DNA from: Ophelia neglecta | Taxonomy: Eukaryota | Direction: 5' to 3' | NCBI GenBank assembly: GCA_965285935.1 | Contig: OZ260662.1 | Span: 34,534,001-34,598,000, forward strand | Length of the DNA stretch: 64,000 bases | Shown: positions 25,833 to 39,495 of the stretch, piece by piece | Layout: every line of letters begins with the position of its first letter | Numbering within the stretch: the stretch's first letter is position 1 | Notes under the pieces: model-generated | What the model saw: only the letters and a program-made list of their open reading frames with translations | Told to the model about the DNA's origin: nothing | Database searches by the model: none | Position numbers and translations under genes: made by a program

Positions 25833-28800
25833 TAGTGTGGCTATTTTTTTTTTTTAAAGGAGTACTGAGGGCAATAATTGAATGGGAAATGCTACCAAAA
25901 TCTTCTATTACACAATACTTCACCTAGCAGTAGCAGCCGTGGCAGATGAATGTGGTCAGGTGTATCATTCCAATGAATGAAGCAAATCAAATTTACAATT
26001 TTATCTGATGACATTATTGAACCATCTTTATTTGACAGGTGCCTTGACAAACTCTTTTCCATGTTTGTCTGGGTGTCCGGTTCCCCCATGAAGATATTGC
26101 CAATCTATGCCTGTAAACATTTACAAAAACCCACATTCCACCGAACATGACAGTGCTTAGTAGGGTTTTGTTTGAGATTCAGATAGGCGTAAATTTGCCA
26201 ATGACACAGACTATTCAGTGTGATTATTCAAGCTACTTGAGGTCATCAGTTAGCCTGTAATTGGCCTTCCTATGAAGTGGGCTGCTGACAACATTTTGAA
26301 ATAAGTATTCCAATGTGCCTGACTTAGGAATATATCCCTGTGTCACCTCAAATTTTCATGTTTAAACAAATTTCAGCCGGTAATTTAGTATTTTTGTCAA
26401 TAATAAGGCAGCTTTAATAGCCCTGGTAAAGAAAATACTCACTGTGGTTGACAAGAAATATAAATATATATTTAAACAAAGTAAACAGCCGCACTAAAAG
26501 CAACTGTAACAGTATTTTATAGCATACTAATTATAATCACTGTAAGATCAGCAGACGTAAAGTAAAGCAATGGAGCAGGCAAAGCAATAGAACCGGCAGC
26601 TACTGTGAGTTACAAGTCTGACATATGACTAGCCTCAGCTGCTAGTCATTTTCATTGCTCCCTATTCTGGTATTCTTATTACAATTACCATTGATCATAA
26701 TCAGATCAAAGATTATCTGATATTATTTCTACTGCCACTGATGCATTGTGCTCCCACCCACTTCACGTGTGGGGATTGTTGGAATGAAAATGTGTAAATG
26801 CTGGCTGCAATTGTGGGAAAGTCCTCCTGTAGTAGTGGATTGGCAGTTCTGGGAGGTCCCAGGCAAGCACACCAGACATAACTAAGTTATAAATCATACT
26901 TGAATGAAATGATATTATTTTCCTGGTAATTTTATATGGAAATTTATGTATTCATTTCCAAAAGCACGACAGAAATGTCTAATTCTGACAAGATAAACTT
27001 CTACTCTTGGTGATTTAGAGCAAGTTTGAAGGTCTATTATCATTCTGGCTTGTCAGGGCTGTATCACACTATATGCATAGACATCCAGTGTGACATATAC
27101 ACTCCTCTGAAGATGGGTTAGCTGTACTAGGCTAGTCAGAATTGGACCAATGGTACCCATTTACTTGTACATACTACACAATATACCCTCGATCGCTCAC
27201 AAGTCCATAGACATCAAAATGTTCTTATGATTCATGACCAGAAAGGTTCAGCTGCCTTGATTGGTTAATTATTGGGGTTAAATAAAGATAATTTGTATGC
27301 TGAGTATGTACATGTAGAATAATCATTTAATGTTGCCAAACCTTATGGGGAACCTGTGCCCTAAATGACAAACATATATGTACCCAAACACAATTATAAG
27401 AGGCAGACAAATGCTTTTGGAATTTCCTCCATGTCAGTAGTGCATGTCATACACATTTGTTCATTATTTTTCTACAAATGATATGATCCTAGTTGACAAA
27501 ATTTGATGGAATGAAAGCATGAGTCACCCTCAGTATATTCCTGTTTGTGTATGAGGCAATTTGTTTTTTTAAGATTTACATGCGGTAGGTCATACATGAA
27601 CCTACTATGGCCTTGTCAGGCAGATCAATGATCTTATTTAGTTTTAAGTTGGCATGAATTTTGTTGTCAAGGCCTTAAATTATGACAAAGATGGCCATGT
27701 ATAAGCATTAAGTATGGATGTCTGTAATAGTAGCATAATTTAAAAGCCTGTTAATGTTTAGAGATAGAAGATGGCTGAAGTAGTTCAGCTCGGTATAAAA
27801 ATGAGGCCCTGGTACTTAACAAATATGCTAAATATTGCCCCAAAATAAACATACCTGTACAACCTTACCATCATAAATACACTGCTTCAAGTTTCTACTG
27901 ACCTGCGAGAAGCAGGTAAAAAGAAGAAGGAACTTTACGTTCACTTCCTCATACCTAGAGTTTAATTAAAGGATCCGAGGTGCTGACAGAAGCTGGCTGG
28001 CGCCTCCCAGATGAGAGCCTCATATGTGCCAATCAAAAAAGTAATGTTTCAGCTCTCAGCTGGATGAAATTACTTCCACATGTCCAAGCACAACATTGTA
28101 AGAGGGTGTTTGAAAATATCATTTTATGAAGGCAACTTTTGGAATTGCCTGCCTCCTAGTATGCCATTGAGCTAATCTGATCACTCTAGCTCTCCCATCA
28201 GATGAAATCAAACACCAAACTATATCTCGATCTACCATATACATGTACTGGTGTACTAGGCTGGATGTACATGTATTTTAGCTTAGGGAAATGACCAACC
28301 AATTCTAAAGGTTATTGTAACCTTATTTGTTATTTTTTTGGAGGAAAACTGTCTCAAATTCAGTTCATTTGGCTATATTTCATTTTTCACATCTTAACCA
28401 ATAAGAGGGGCTCTGTGATAAATGAGATCTTATTCAAACTTTGACACATTGAATTGGGTAACCAGTAGGCATTTTGGTCTAATACATATAATATGAATTA
28501 AATTGCACTTTTAACTTTTATTTATTAAAAGTTATATGTACACCTCGACTTGTGCAGTAAGTATTATGTGCATATGACCAGGTTTTCAGTATATGCTTTA
28601 TTATCCACCAGCCTCACATCTTTTTTCCATATTTCTTTAGGGACTTTGAAAACAACTTCATGTAAGGTTTACAAACTTATATTATTCTCAATGGTTGTAA
28701 ACACATATTTTGTTACCTATCTCTAAATGATTTGTAATCTGTCATCTGATGTATCAGCCACAAGGAGGTAATTAATTATACTGATATCAGACACCATTCA

Positions 28801-31800
28801 TAATTTGTATGGAAAATAATAATGCAATTAAAGTTTATAAAAAACAATACATAAATCAAACAGTCGTAGTTGAAGAGACAAAGGAGGAATTGTACATGTA
28901 CAGACTTGAGAACATTGACAATTTAGATATAATATTGTTTGTGTAATTAGTATAAAAATGAAGTTTATCAGGGGTCAACCTACTGCAAGATTACCACATG
29001 TCATGTAACAAGCGGTGAAAATCTAATTTATAAATCATAGTGCACAATGACATCCTTTCTACTAGTAGCGTGTGTCGGATATTACTTCTGGCATACAGCA
29101 TCTTTACGGTAAGTGCTGATGTCGGAGAAATATTTGCTGGGCAGCTCTTTGAACTCTCAGAAGGATGGATGGGTGAGCTTGGCTTGTGGCCAGTCTTATT
29201 TCCATACTTTTTGCTCCCCACCAATTTTTAAGACAAAATGAAGGGGGGATCTGCTTTGGGTTTTGGGGTCTTTAGCCAAGCATGACAGAAACCTCTCATT
29301 CTGACTAGTTAAAATTCTGCTCTAGATAATTTAGAGTAAGTAAGACTATTATCACAGTGACTTGTCATTGCTGTTTCCCACCATGCTAAGACACTGTGAC
29401 ATATGCTCTCCTATGTAGATGGCTTGTTGTGTTCAATTTAAGCAGAATTGGTCTGCTGATACCCATAGATTCACTGCCTAGAAAAATTTGCAAAAAATGT
29501 AGTAGCCAAACAATATTTGTACATATATATGCCTACAGAACATATAACACAGATGATGTTTTGGGCCTGGGAAAGTAGTTGCGAATAGTTCATTAGAAAA
29601 TACTATATAATCATGTATTGTACATAAACCCTGAGGCTTTTGTATGCACTGCCACTAAGATAGTTATTAACATGGATGAAACACCTGTACATACATGTAT
29701 ATGAATTGGGAGAAACCTGATACAGCTTGGATAGCAAACAAAAATAAGTCATACAAATAAGTCATATCATACTTTTATCAGTATTTTGTTTTTGCAGTCT
29801 TTTTGTGCTTTGAGCTTAAATAAGTATTGAGAGCATTATAACGGTATCATGAGATTTGACCTACACAGATATTTTCAAGGTCAAATCAAATTTTTAAGAT
29901 AAAAATATTTGTTTTTCGTTGCATTAATGTGATTTAGACTATTTTTTATCAAAAGCTTCATTTTGGCTAAGGACTGTTTTTAAATTGTATTTTGTCGTGT
30001 CATTATCTGGTAAAAATGTTAGACAAATAATTAGTTTACTATTTCTTTGAATTTTATGTCATTGTGCTAACTTCTGCCCAGATGAGAGCTGGATTTTGTT
30101 TCAAGAACTCCATCTATCAGATTATTTCATTGTTATTTATATTGTTGTTTTATAGTTATTGGTCAGTTACTGGGTACCCCATCTTCAAGGTCATTTAAAA
30201 CAAGAGAAAATGGGGGAATTGAACTATGGAAGTTGACCAGCCTTACCTGCCCATTGAACATCTGTTTAGTAAGAGAGTGTTTATAGAGGGGGGGGGTCAT
30301 TTGTTTCTAAATGCCTTATAGCTGATTTGGCTAGGTACTGTTAATAATGGTTACTTTCAAATTTTAGTTGACTTTAACCTGTCATTAGTTGCCAAAAGCT
30401 AGGTCAATGGTAGTTGATGATGAACTAAACGGCTACTATTTAACTGGAATATCTAAAGAAACTTGGCCGTTTTGGCAGGAGTCATAAGTCAGTCTTGTCA
30501 GTTGAATTGACATTGTTTGGGTTTATTTTAAACATCCTAAAGTGTATGTATTAAGCCCACCTGTTGATTTCATCTTGCACTTAATCTAAAATAGCCATAT
30601 TTTTGAGGACTGTGTACCACCTAGGTAGTTCCTCTGCTTCTCTCAGAAAAACATCAATCTGATAAACATATGGGAAGTGAGGAGGCTCGTGTACGCCATG
30701 CCACAGAATGTTAAGGTTGATATCATCCTACTGTTTTACATTTGACATGTTTAGCTTGTTCACTGATTGAGAATGACCCCAATAACCTTAACCGTCTCCA
30801 GTGAGTGTGCAGTCTTCCTTTAAGATGAGGAAAAGTCAGGAATACTCAGAAAAAGCTTCACACTCAGCATATTACAGTACTTTTGGTACTGGTATTTGTT
30901 GTCCAGGAAGGGAAGTCATTGGTTTCTTCATCTGTTTTGAGCGTTTGATGCTCCATGCAGCCATCTGGAAACTCTTGGCCAGAGGTTTTATTGAGATTAA
31001 GTGGCTGTATTTGCTGTGAGCAGGAGGCCGAGAAAACTTCATATAGACAGACCCCACTCATATGTACCATTTAACCACTTGGGCCCTATGTCAAGTTTAA
31101 GGGTCTGATTGTCCAGTATGTAACTGATCCTGGAGGCCCAGGCTCCAGGCAGTAATCTAGAGGTTTATGATGAAAGCTAATCAGAGTTGTAATCTGCTCG
31201 GGTCAATCCTTTGCCCACTAGAAAAACTTCTCCCTAAAAATTAGAGCTGTAAACTGGAGGCCAGAGAGAGCTATTTATCAGGGAGGCACCCTTAATAAAA
31301 TAAAAGCAGAAAAACTACATGGAAGTTATGATGTGATACAGACATTTCCTTTATGAATGGGTGAAGGAATAAGAGCCAATGTTTTTGTTGTTGTGATCAT
31401 GATGTAAATGTTTGTTTTGCCCATGTTTAATAATATTCAGCTGTTGAGTAATAATAAACATCTGGCTTTGCAATTAATGGAGTATGTGTTAAAATGCTAC
31501 ACTTCTTCAGGGGACGCTTAAATAAGATTGGAATAGAAACCACATAGTATTCTTTCACGGAGACTGACGGATTGTTTGCGAGTTCCTCATCTGCAAATAA
31601 CAGTGAACATATAACATGTTGTGGTTCCATACACAGTTTTTTACATGTAAAAACAATATAATACATACAATACTACCGCATCTGAAGGAAGTACGTGGCC
31701 AAAAAGTGAAAACAATATGGTACATTGCAGATATATGCAGTTCTTTTCTGTAAATCACATTGAAGGTCATTACCCATGACAATGAAAGACAATATACTTT

Positions 31801-33688
31801 TTTTGTAATTTTTAGACTAGGAATGCTAATCACCCTTGATGTAAGACTCTCGGTGTAATTGAGTGACACACTAGCTATGTTCATCTGGAAAAATTACTGT
31901 TTTCTTATTGTAGACAAATAAACAGCCCACAAAAAACAATTCTGTCAAGTTTGTGTTGACTGGTAAAGTGGTTGTATCCTTGATGTTAATAACACGACTG
32001 TCTGTTCAGCATGCTGGGCCCATTCCCCGCCCTCGCTAATGGCAAGTGCTAAATGATCTCAACCTAAGACCAAACTATCTCCTACACTTTAGATGTCCTT
32101 CAAAAAGGAAAGAATGGGAAGGCTATATACATATTTTCAGCCTGTAAATTAAGGCTCAAATTAGACTGATGAATGAGGGGGTGTCAAATTAGCCACTTAT
32201 ATGTATGGCATTCTTAGAAAGTGGATTTTAAAATCTAAGCAGGCCAACATATTTTGCTTTAGAACCCCAGGTACATGACTTAGATGAGGTATTTTTGTTT
32301 AGAAAAACTGAATATAATATAATTAGGTTTGTTGTTTTGGTATCCCATTAGTTTACTGAAATATGTCTGCAGTCGAGAGTCAAAGACTATTAGGGCATGT
32401 CTGTTAAAATGAATAATATTCTCTGAAGTATAAAGTTGGGGAGAGCCCAAAGTACATTGTTTTAATTTAAGGGTCATATAATACATACATGCACATGTAT
32501 GTGGTGTAGCCTCTGTAATAGTGAAAACAGTCCTTTCTCATCTTAAATTACTTGCAAAATACATCATGCACTGGCTTCTTTAGTAGAGATATTGGGTGAA
32601 TTCTGGAAAAATCACATACCCGGTACATATTTGCTAAGTCAATTTACAACAAAATACAAGTTTATGAACAAAAATCGTCCTTTGAACTTTTCATGAATCC
32701 AATACAATACTTTATAGCTTGCTGTTTCCAAACCATTGAAAGTGTTAGGAAATTCTATTACTTGACTTTGGAAGGCCATTGCAGAAAACCTGAACTTTTT
32801 TTTTTTTTCACCAGCACATTCTAAATTGGTGTTTCATAACCTTCTTTCCAATTTTATCCTATGGAACAGGAAATGCTAAATGTTTTGAGGGACATCAGAA
32901 AGGAGTGTGTTTGGGTACAGAAGAAACGAAAATATTTGGGTTTGTTGTCAGGAGGTATGCGCAGATCACACAATCGGGGTGAGAGAAATGGTTGGCCTTC
33001 TCACTCCGTTTGCATTAAGACACTGTTGAAAAGACTCCACCAACAATGTCCGTGATCACCTGTAAATGCGGTCAAGTTCCAAGATGAAAAATGTTCACAG
33101 TATGTTGGCCATCTCAGCACATAGCGAGTGAATGTGAACAGTCCGTGGTTTTACTTAGCCAGTGAAGATAGAGGAGCAGATCCATGAACCTCAGTTTTGC
33201 TGAAGATATGGAGCCAGAATCAGGGATGTCAGATTCGATGATTATCTTGAGATGAAATATCCCAACTTTAAAGTACCAGGCCAAGGGAAACCCTTCCTAA
33301 ATATGTCATCATGTCAATGTTTTTTGCACCATGCTCTATTTTCTAAGCCATTTAAAAAGTCAAATTCACATATGCTTCTGTATATATATACTTATATATA
33401 TACGTGTTGCTGCATGCAGATGAGGTTGCTGAAGGCATATTTTAACATATCACACCCACATGTATATATATATGTCATGTATCTTGGGAGGAGAAAACAA
33501 GTGTTACAATTAGTGCTAAAGGCATGCCGCCTTAAATATGATCATGTCTATAAGTATCATATTACCTAAGTAATTTGTTTATTTTATCTATTTTATGATA
33601 AAGATAAATAGGTCTTAAATACTTGTTGGGCTGTTTGTTGTTAGTTAGTTAGTACCTAATGCGACTTGGGAATCCATAACTATGGTTA

Positions 33689-33974
33689 GGGACGGACCAT
33701 TAGATATCTAGGGGGGGGGCCAGAAAAAAATGAAAATAAATTTTCTGGCTTTGATTTTCTCAAAAATAAATAATCTGCCAGAAAAATACATAAAAAAAAA
33801 ATAATCTGCCTATTATTTTTAAGTAAAAAAATATATTATATAGAGGAAAAAAATAATCTGGCAGATTCTGTGGTGAAAAAAAATTTTCTGTCAACTTTAT
33901 TCATGAAAAAAAATTTCCTAACTAGAGCCAAGTTCTCTGGCCCCCCCCCCCCTAGATATCTAATGGTCCGTCCC
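33689..33974. mobile_element. PIF/Harbinger-type (Tourist-like) MITE, 286 bp, TTA target-site duplication
   Basis: TIR GGGACGGACCATTAGATATCTAG(G)nCCAGA mirrored by TCTGG(C)nTAGATATCTAATGGTCCGTCCC; TTA at 33686-33688 and 33975-33977; A-rich interior with repeated aataatctg. Confidence 0.88.
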
Positions 33975-36900
33975 TTATCTTTTCTTTCTTTTTCTTTTTT
34001 TTTTGCTAAGGTAGACAGTGGTATACATTTGCTCATAGGCATTTAGGTGACTAGTCAATAGGTTAAACTCTTAATATTTCATGCTAGAGCTAAGGTACAG
34101 GGTGTCTATGCCAATTTCTAGATTATTATTCAGCTTTTATTACAGGTATTACACAGATTATAGGATTAATTTCATGGCCTAATCTTATTCTAAAGTAACT
34201 GAAGCATCTGCCGGCACCAACGCAAACTTTTCGAAAAGGCGAGGCCATTTGCTTGCTACACCTTGACCCTGACTTTTTCATGAGTGTTGAATCTTAATGC
34301 CATGTGTATTTCCTGTTTTTTTTTAACTTGCCAACACATACATATACATGTACATGTGAGCTCAAGTTTTTTTTCAACCACTATATCAGCCCTGAGCTCA
34401 ATTAATGTGTTTCATTAAGTCTGTCCTTGAGAGATTAATGCACAAATTTAGACGAAGGTCACTAAGGGGATTTAGACAGATATTTATTCCTGGTTCAAGT
34501 TTGGAATTTACGAGTTAACTAATTCATAATACTCAATATATACATTCTGGTTCCATTCTAGATAGAAAATGAATTAAAAAATTGCTAATGACAGTACATG
34601 TGTACATTGTGGTATTCAGTTCAAGTTGATCATTCTTCCTCAGTATAAAAACATCTGTTATATACAAATAACATTATGGAACAACATATATTCACTGTCG
34701 GATTCACCCAGAAGTTGTTAAAGGCTGTGAAATTTAAAGAAATAAATTTTAATTGACTGAAATTTCCTGACATGAAAGTTTTAAAAGGCTTTGATGATTC
34801 CCAGTCTTTTACTTTGGGCCTTGTTACTTTTTTTGAATGCCCTCATCTGAGTCCCATATATTTGATCTAATAGACGATCTTATAGAATTTTTCAGGTTAA
34901 GATAATAATGAACATTTGTGTCAAACTTGGGGATGTGCTTTGCATCAGAAAAACAAAGTTTTTACAAGACCTTAATTATAAAAATTAAAAAACTTTGTCT
35001 CAAATTATTCTAAAAAGTTGTACTCAGTAAGATATGCCACTTGTAATAGATCATTCATGGTGTCCTTATCAGCCTTGCCGGCTTGTTAGGGAAGATAGCT
35101 AGAGTGGTCCAACCAAATAGATCCATGCAAGACAAGTAATTGTTTTCAAAATGTGAGGCCATTGCAAAAGATAATGTAAAGATAAGCTTAGTTATGGGAG
35201 AAAAGTGTCTGTGAATCTAGAAATTCCAGGCATGACTAGAATACCATGTACTGGGAACAAATCACTTGCACAGTCAAAGACTGGTCCGGCCAGACAACTA
35301 TCACTGTTTTTCTAAGTGGAGCTAATATTCAGTATCTTTTGTATCCTGTACAGTATGGTACTGTTTCAATGGAATGTGCCATTTTTATGTCATTTTACTT
35401 AGGTACCATAAAAGGGCTTTGTAATAAATGTCATATTTGTATGATATGTAATGTTTATGTCTATGGTATCTATCAGATGGCAGATAATGCTTAATGGCAG
35501 GTCATCTCACACGTTCACTTCCACTTTACCTAAAGGAACAAGGTAACCATGACCAATAAAAATAGTGCAGTGCATAAAAAACCTATTTGTAGAATTCTTA
35601 GGTATCAAGCTGTTCTTGATAAGAGCTTCCTACCAGAATGGTACATATTAAGATGTCCATTTTAATCTTTTTACCTCCTTTAATTATGCCACTGGCTGGG
35701 GGTCTAGTGGTGGTTATATCTGCCATTGACAAGTATTTAGGTGGTAGTTGTTGAGGCTATCTTAATTCCTAGACGTAACCTAGACCACAACCACTTCACA
35801 TGCTGACCTGGGCATGGGTCATGATACCCAAGGCCCTCGAGTGGTATGTTCCGTGTGAAATGCACCTAATTCGCCGCACCTGCTGCACCTTGCCCCTCCC
35901 GGTCACCTTACACCAGATTTCATTAACCATTATCATTTGACAGGACCGAATTTTTAGGCTACCATAAAAACTAATAATATGAGTTATTCTCCCACTTAAA
36001 CCAGCTGGTCATTCATCGGTGACACTTGCTGAAAGTGGCTTTATTTCCACTAGTTTAATATCTAGATGATTACAGTTTTTTTTATGAGCAATCTTCTGAG
36101 TGCCCAGTTTTTAGAATACTCTTTAAAGGAAGCTTTATATTGTTAAAGGATAAAATAACAAATAATCTCCTTCACTGTCTGTATTAATGTTCATTTGCTT
36201 TTCAGTGTCAACCAATATTAAAGTTCTAAGGGGTTTGTATTTTAGAATGGGGCCGCACTTTTTCGCATGTAGTGGTGGATTTATTCTCAAATTGAATTGG
36301 CAATGACAAGGACAAAATTGCCTAAATAATTCCAACTTTGAAGAATATTAACTAATAAGTGTTGCAAAAAAATTGCGGACAATCATTCTATGACACTGTG
36401 TTCAGTGCACCGGGAGGTGTTGACATGCGTTTAGGCGACTGATGGTGGCTCCAGTAGGTTGAGGCGGGTCAAGTATGTCCGCTTGAAACAGGACTTGGTC
36501 ATTAAGACATCATGTACCTCGCTCTTTGTCTCTATCAAACAGCAGGAGAAAAAACAACCCGACATTTTTAAAGATAAAGGAAAACTGGCATGTCCCTGGT
36601 ATGTCATCTTAGCTTTGCAATAGGGCTACACTATGATATTATCCACCACCCACTAAGGGTTTCTCAAGCACACCCCTTGTACTGTGTTAGCTGGCAATAC
36701 TGGAGTGAATAAGGTCCCTATATCCAGCATCGGGAGCGGGAGCCAGTGGGAGCCATCATGTCACTTGTGTACCCCTAGACTAGTCATTTCTATTCAACAC
36801 TGCTTTATATCTTGGTAAAAAATCTCCTTGCTCCTGTGCACCTCAGTCTTAGTTTTACAATTCCATACATGTATGCCATGTGATAAATGATACATTTTTA

Positions 36901-37644
36901 TCTTCCCAGGAGGAAAATATGACAATTCACTATATTTTCTGAGAGCTAAGTAATAGTTAATAAAAAAAGGAAAAATAAAAGTTACTGTTTAGCCTTACAA
37001 TCTTTTCATGTCTCACCATGCAACTTCTAGAGTAGCCCTGTTAATATTTAGTAAGCTGCCCTTGAATGGTAGCTTTGGTTATCATCTCTTGTCAGTTATC
37101 TTAAGCCTGGTGTTTGTGTCAAGTGGTCTCAGCAGATTACTGCAGACATCAGCCATGATAACTCTACAATTACCTCCCTCCCGTTTATGTGTGAAATGGC
37201 TAAATATATTGTTTGATAACGCCATCTTGATAGTCCTCTATCTTGTTTAATGCATCATCAGATAGGCCATGCTACATAAGAGAGAGTGTGTTTTTATAGT
37301 GAAGGCATGTCCTGTATGTCATGAGATTCAGTTCACTGTATAATCAGACATTTATCTATATCATACTTGTGTATTATATTCTAAATTAAGTCTATTCAGG
37401 GTTAAAAAACAAAGCAGAGGCAAGTTTTAAGTTGCGGAACCTAAAACTTTATTTTGCATCATAACCTCCATGAATAACCATAACTTATTCGATTGACCAT
37501 TCGATTGCTTGTAGAATATACATGACTGTACAGTTAACTCATCCTTCTCTCAAGTGAGAAACTTAGCTAATTATTGTACAGTGTACAGGTACAGTCTTGT
37601 CTTGTATGTATACCGTATGTCAAGTATGTCTGTAGCCTTGTGTA

Positions 37645-37844
37645 TACCGTATTCTTTGTAATAAGCACCATTGCCTTAATTAGCCCCCACCCTCCTTTTG
37701 TGTGTTAAAATCTTTCCATTTTAACCCTTTTCACCAGGTATTTTGTGGTTTAAGAATAAAAAGGGATGGGGAGATTTCTTTCATTCCTTTTTGGGTCAAA
37801 AAAATACTTTAGCACCCTGGGTACTTATCACATTGAAAACAGTG
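37645..37844. mobile_element. Degraded MITE-like element
   Basis: taccgtattctttgtaataagcacc versus reverse complement of the right end cactgttttcaatgtgataagtacc: 18 of 25 positions match. Confidence 0.4.
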
Positions 37845-39409
37845 GCAAATAAATTATGTATGAGATAACACCATAAATGTTTGGATGACATATATTTTGC
37901 AGGACAACTTTTAGCAATAAGTCTCAAATGTAATGGTTGAAAATTAAAAGGTCATGTTCAGTGTGTACAGTGCAAGACAAGAATTCAAAACTTATTCATT
38001 TCGAATATTGGTCAGCCCATTGTAATGATAGACCATAACTATATACCAGATACTGAAATGAACTTATACCAATACTCTAAAATAGGCCTTTTGATTTTGA
38101 ATTTGATTCCTCCTGCATGCAGGACAGGTCTTAAAGTGATATACAAACATATTGTACTAATTCTCAATAATGTACTTATGATGGTACTATCTCCTGTTCA
38201 AGATCATGTATTATTGTTTGTAGTTAGATATATCAGGCTAAGATAATATTAGGCAATATTAAAGAACAATTTTATAATTGATAACCACTGTTTACAATTA
38301 ATATGTTTGGTTGATTTATTACCACTGCTTAACCAAGTGAATCGGCTGGTTAAGGAAGTCTCATCCGACTTCCACATTCTTCAGACTTAATAACTGTAGG
38401 GCTAGACAGCAGAGTCAAGTCCACAAATTGGATGGTATTTTTCATTTCCTTAATCGCTTATTTCTTAGAATTTAATGTCAACCACAATTTTGAAAACATT
38501 TGATTATCCCTCTCAGAGTGTTTGATGAAGCATAGAGCACACTTCATGCTGTATTTTTTTTTGTGTCCCCTGGGCATACGTGTGCCTCTACCCATTAAAC
38601 TAGCATTGAACCGTGGAACCACTCTCTGACCAATACCAATAGTCAACATTGAGTTTTGGTCAATGTTTCAATGGCACTGACTCCACTCTGGAATAAAGCA
38701 TGATGTACAAATATACCTGTCTGGATTGTTTATATTTATGGAGTAAAATATCAGTTGTGTCTTTGAAGCCACAGCTGGTGATCAAACATGTGCCCCTGAC
38801 TTCTGTGTAGCCAGCGGCGTCTGCACAGTGCCACCAGCCAGGGCTGAAGGGTTTTGCTTATCAGATGGGATTAGTTTTCTCAACATAAATAATCATTGTG
38901 AGACTAGATAGTTGTGTATAAAACATATGACAGGATCCTCTCCCATCTGGTCTGTGGTGCTGTTCTAGGGTTCTTGATCTTAATGCTTCCTCATGCCACA
39001 GAAACCTCAAAGTCAAGCATGTATATCATGTGACCTGTGTCAATTAGGACAAGACAAGGGCTCTTGTGATCAACTTTGATGTGTAACTTTATAGTTTGTA
39101 AGAAGAAAGATGAATTAATTTGTTTTCACTTCTTTCAAAATATTTATCATTTTCACTGTCACATGGGCAATGATGTTCAACTATCTATGCTGAGGTATCA
39201 AAGATGAATGATTTATTTTCTCATTCTGAGTAAGTGTGATAATGATCAATGGTATTCTTGTAATATGGACATAAAAACAAGTAATTTGCCTTATCAAGCT
39301 GGCTCCAAAATAAAAGGGAAATTCTATAAATTAACAAAAATTAATGTAAGAGTCAATTCTATGGTCAACAACTCTAGGTTACATAGGTCCATGCTTAGAC
39401 AACTGTCAT

Positions 39410-39495
<86 letters not shown>
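39410..39495. repeat. (ACATAT)n microsatellite, ~14 copies
   Basis: Perfect hexamer array; explains the YTYT/YVYV ORFs. Confidence 0.98.

Noticed and set aside
37053-37075. AAGCTGCC miR-22/745-like seed in a small hairpin
   Set aside because: Only an 8-bp local stem and the 3' part does not match the family; no miR-551 or other recognisable miRNA was seen by eye in the intron.
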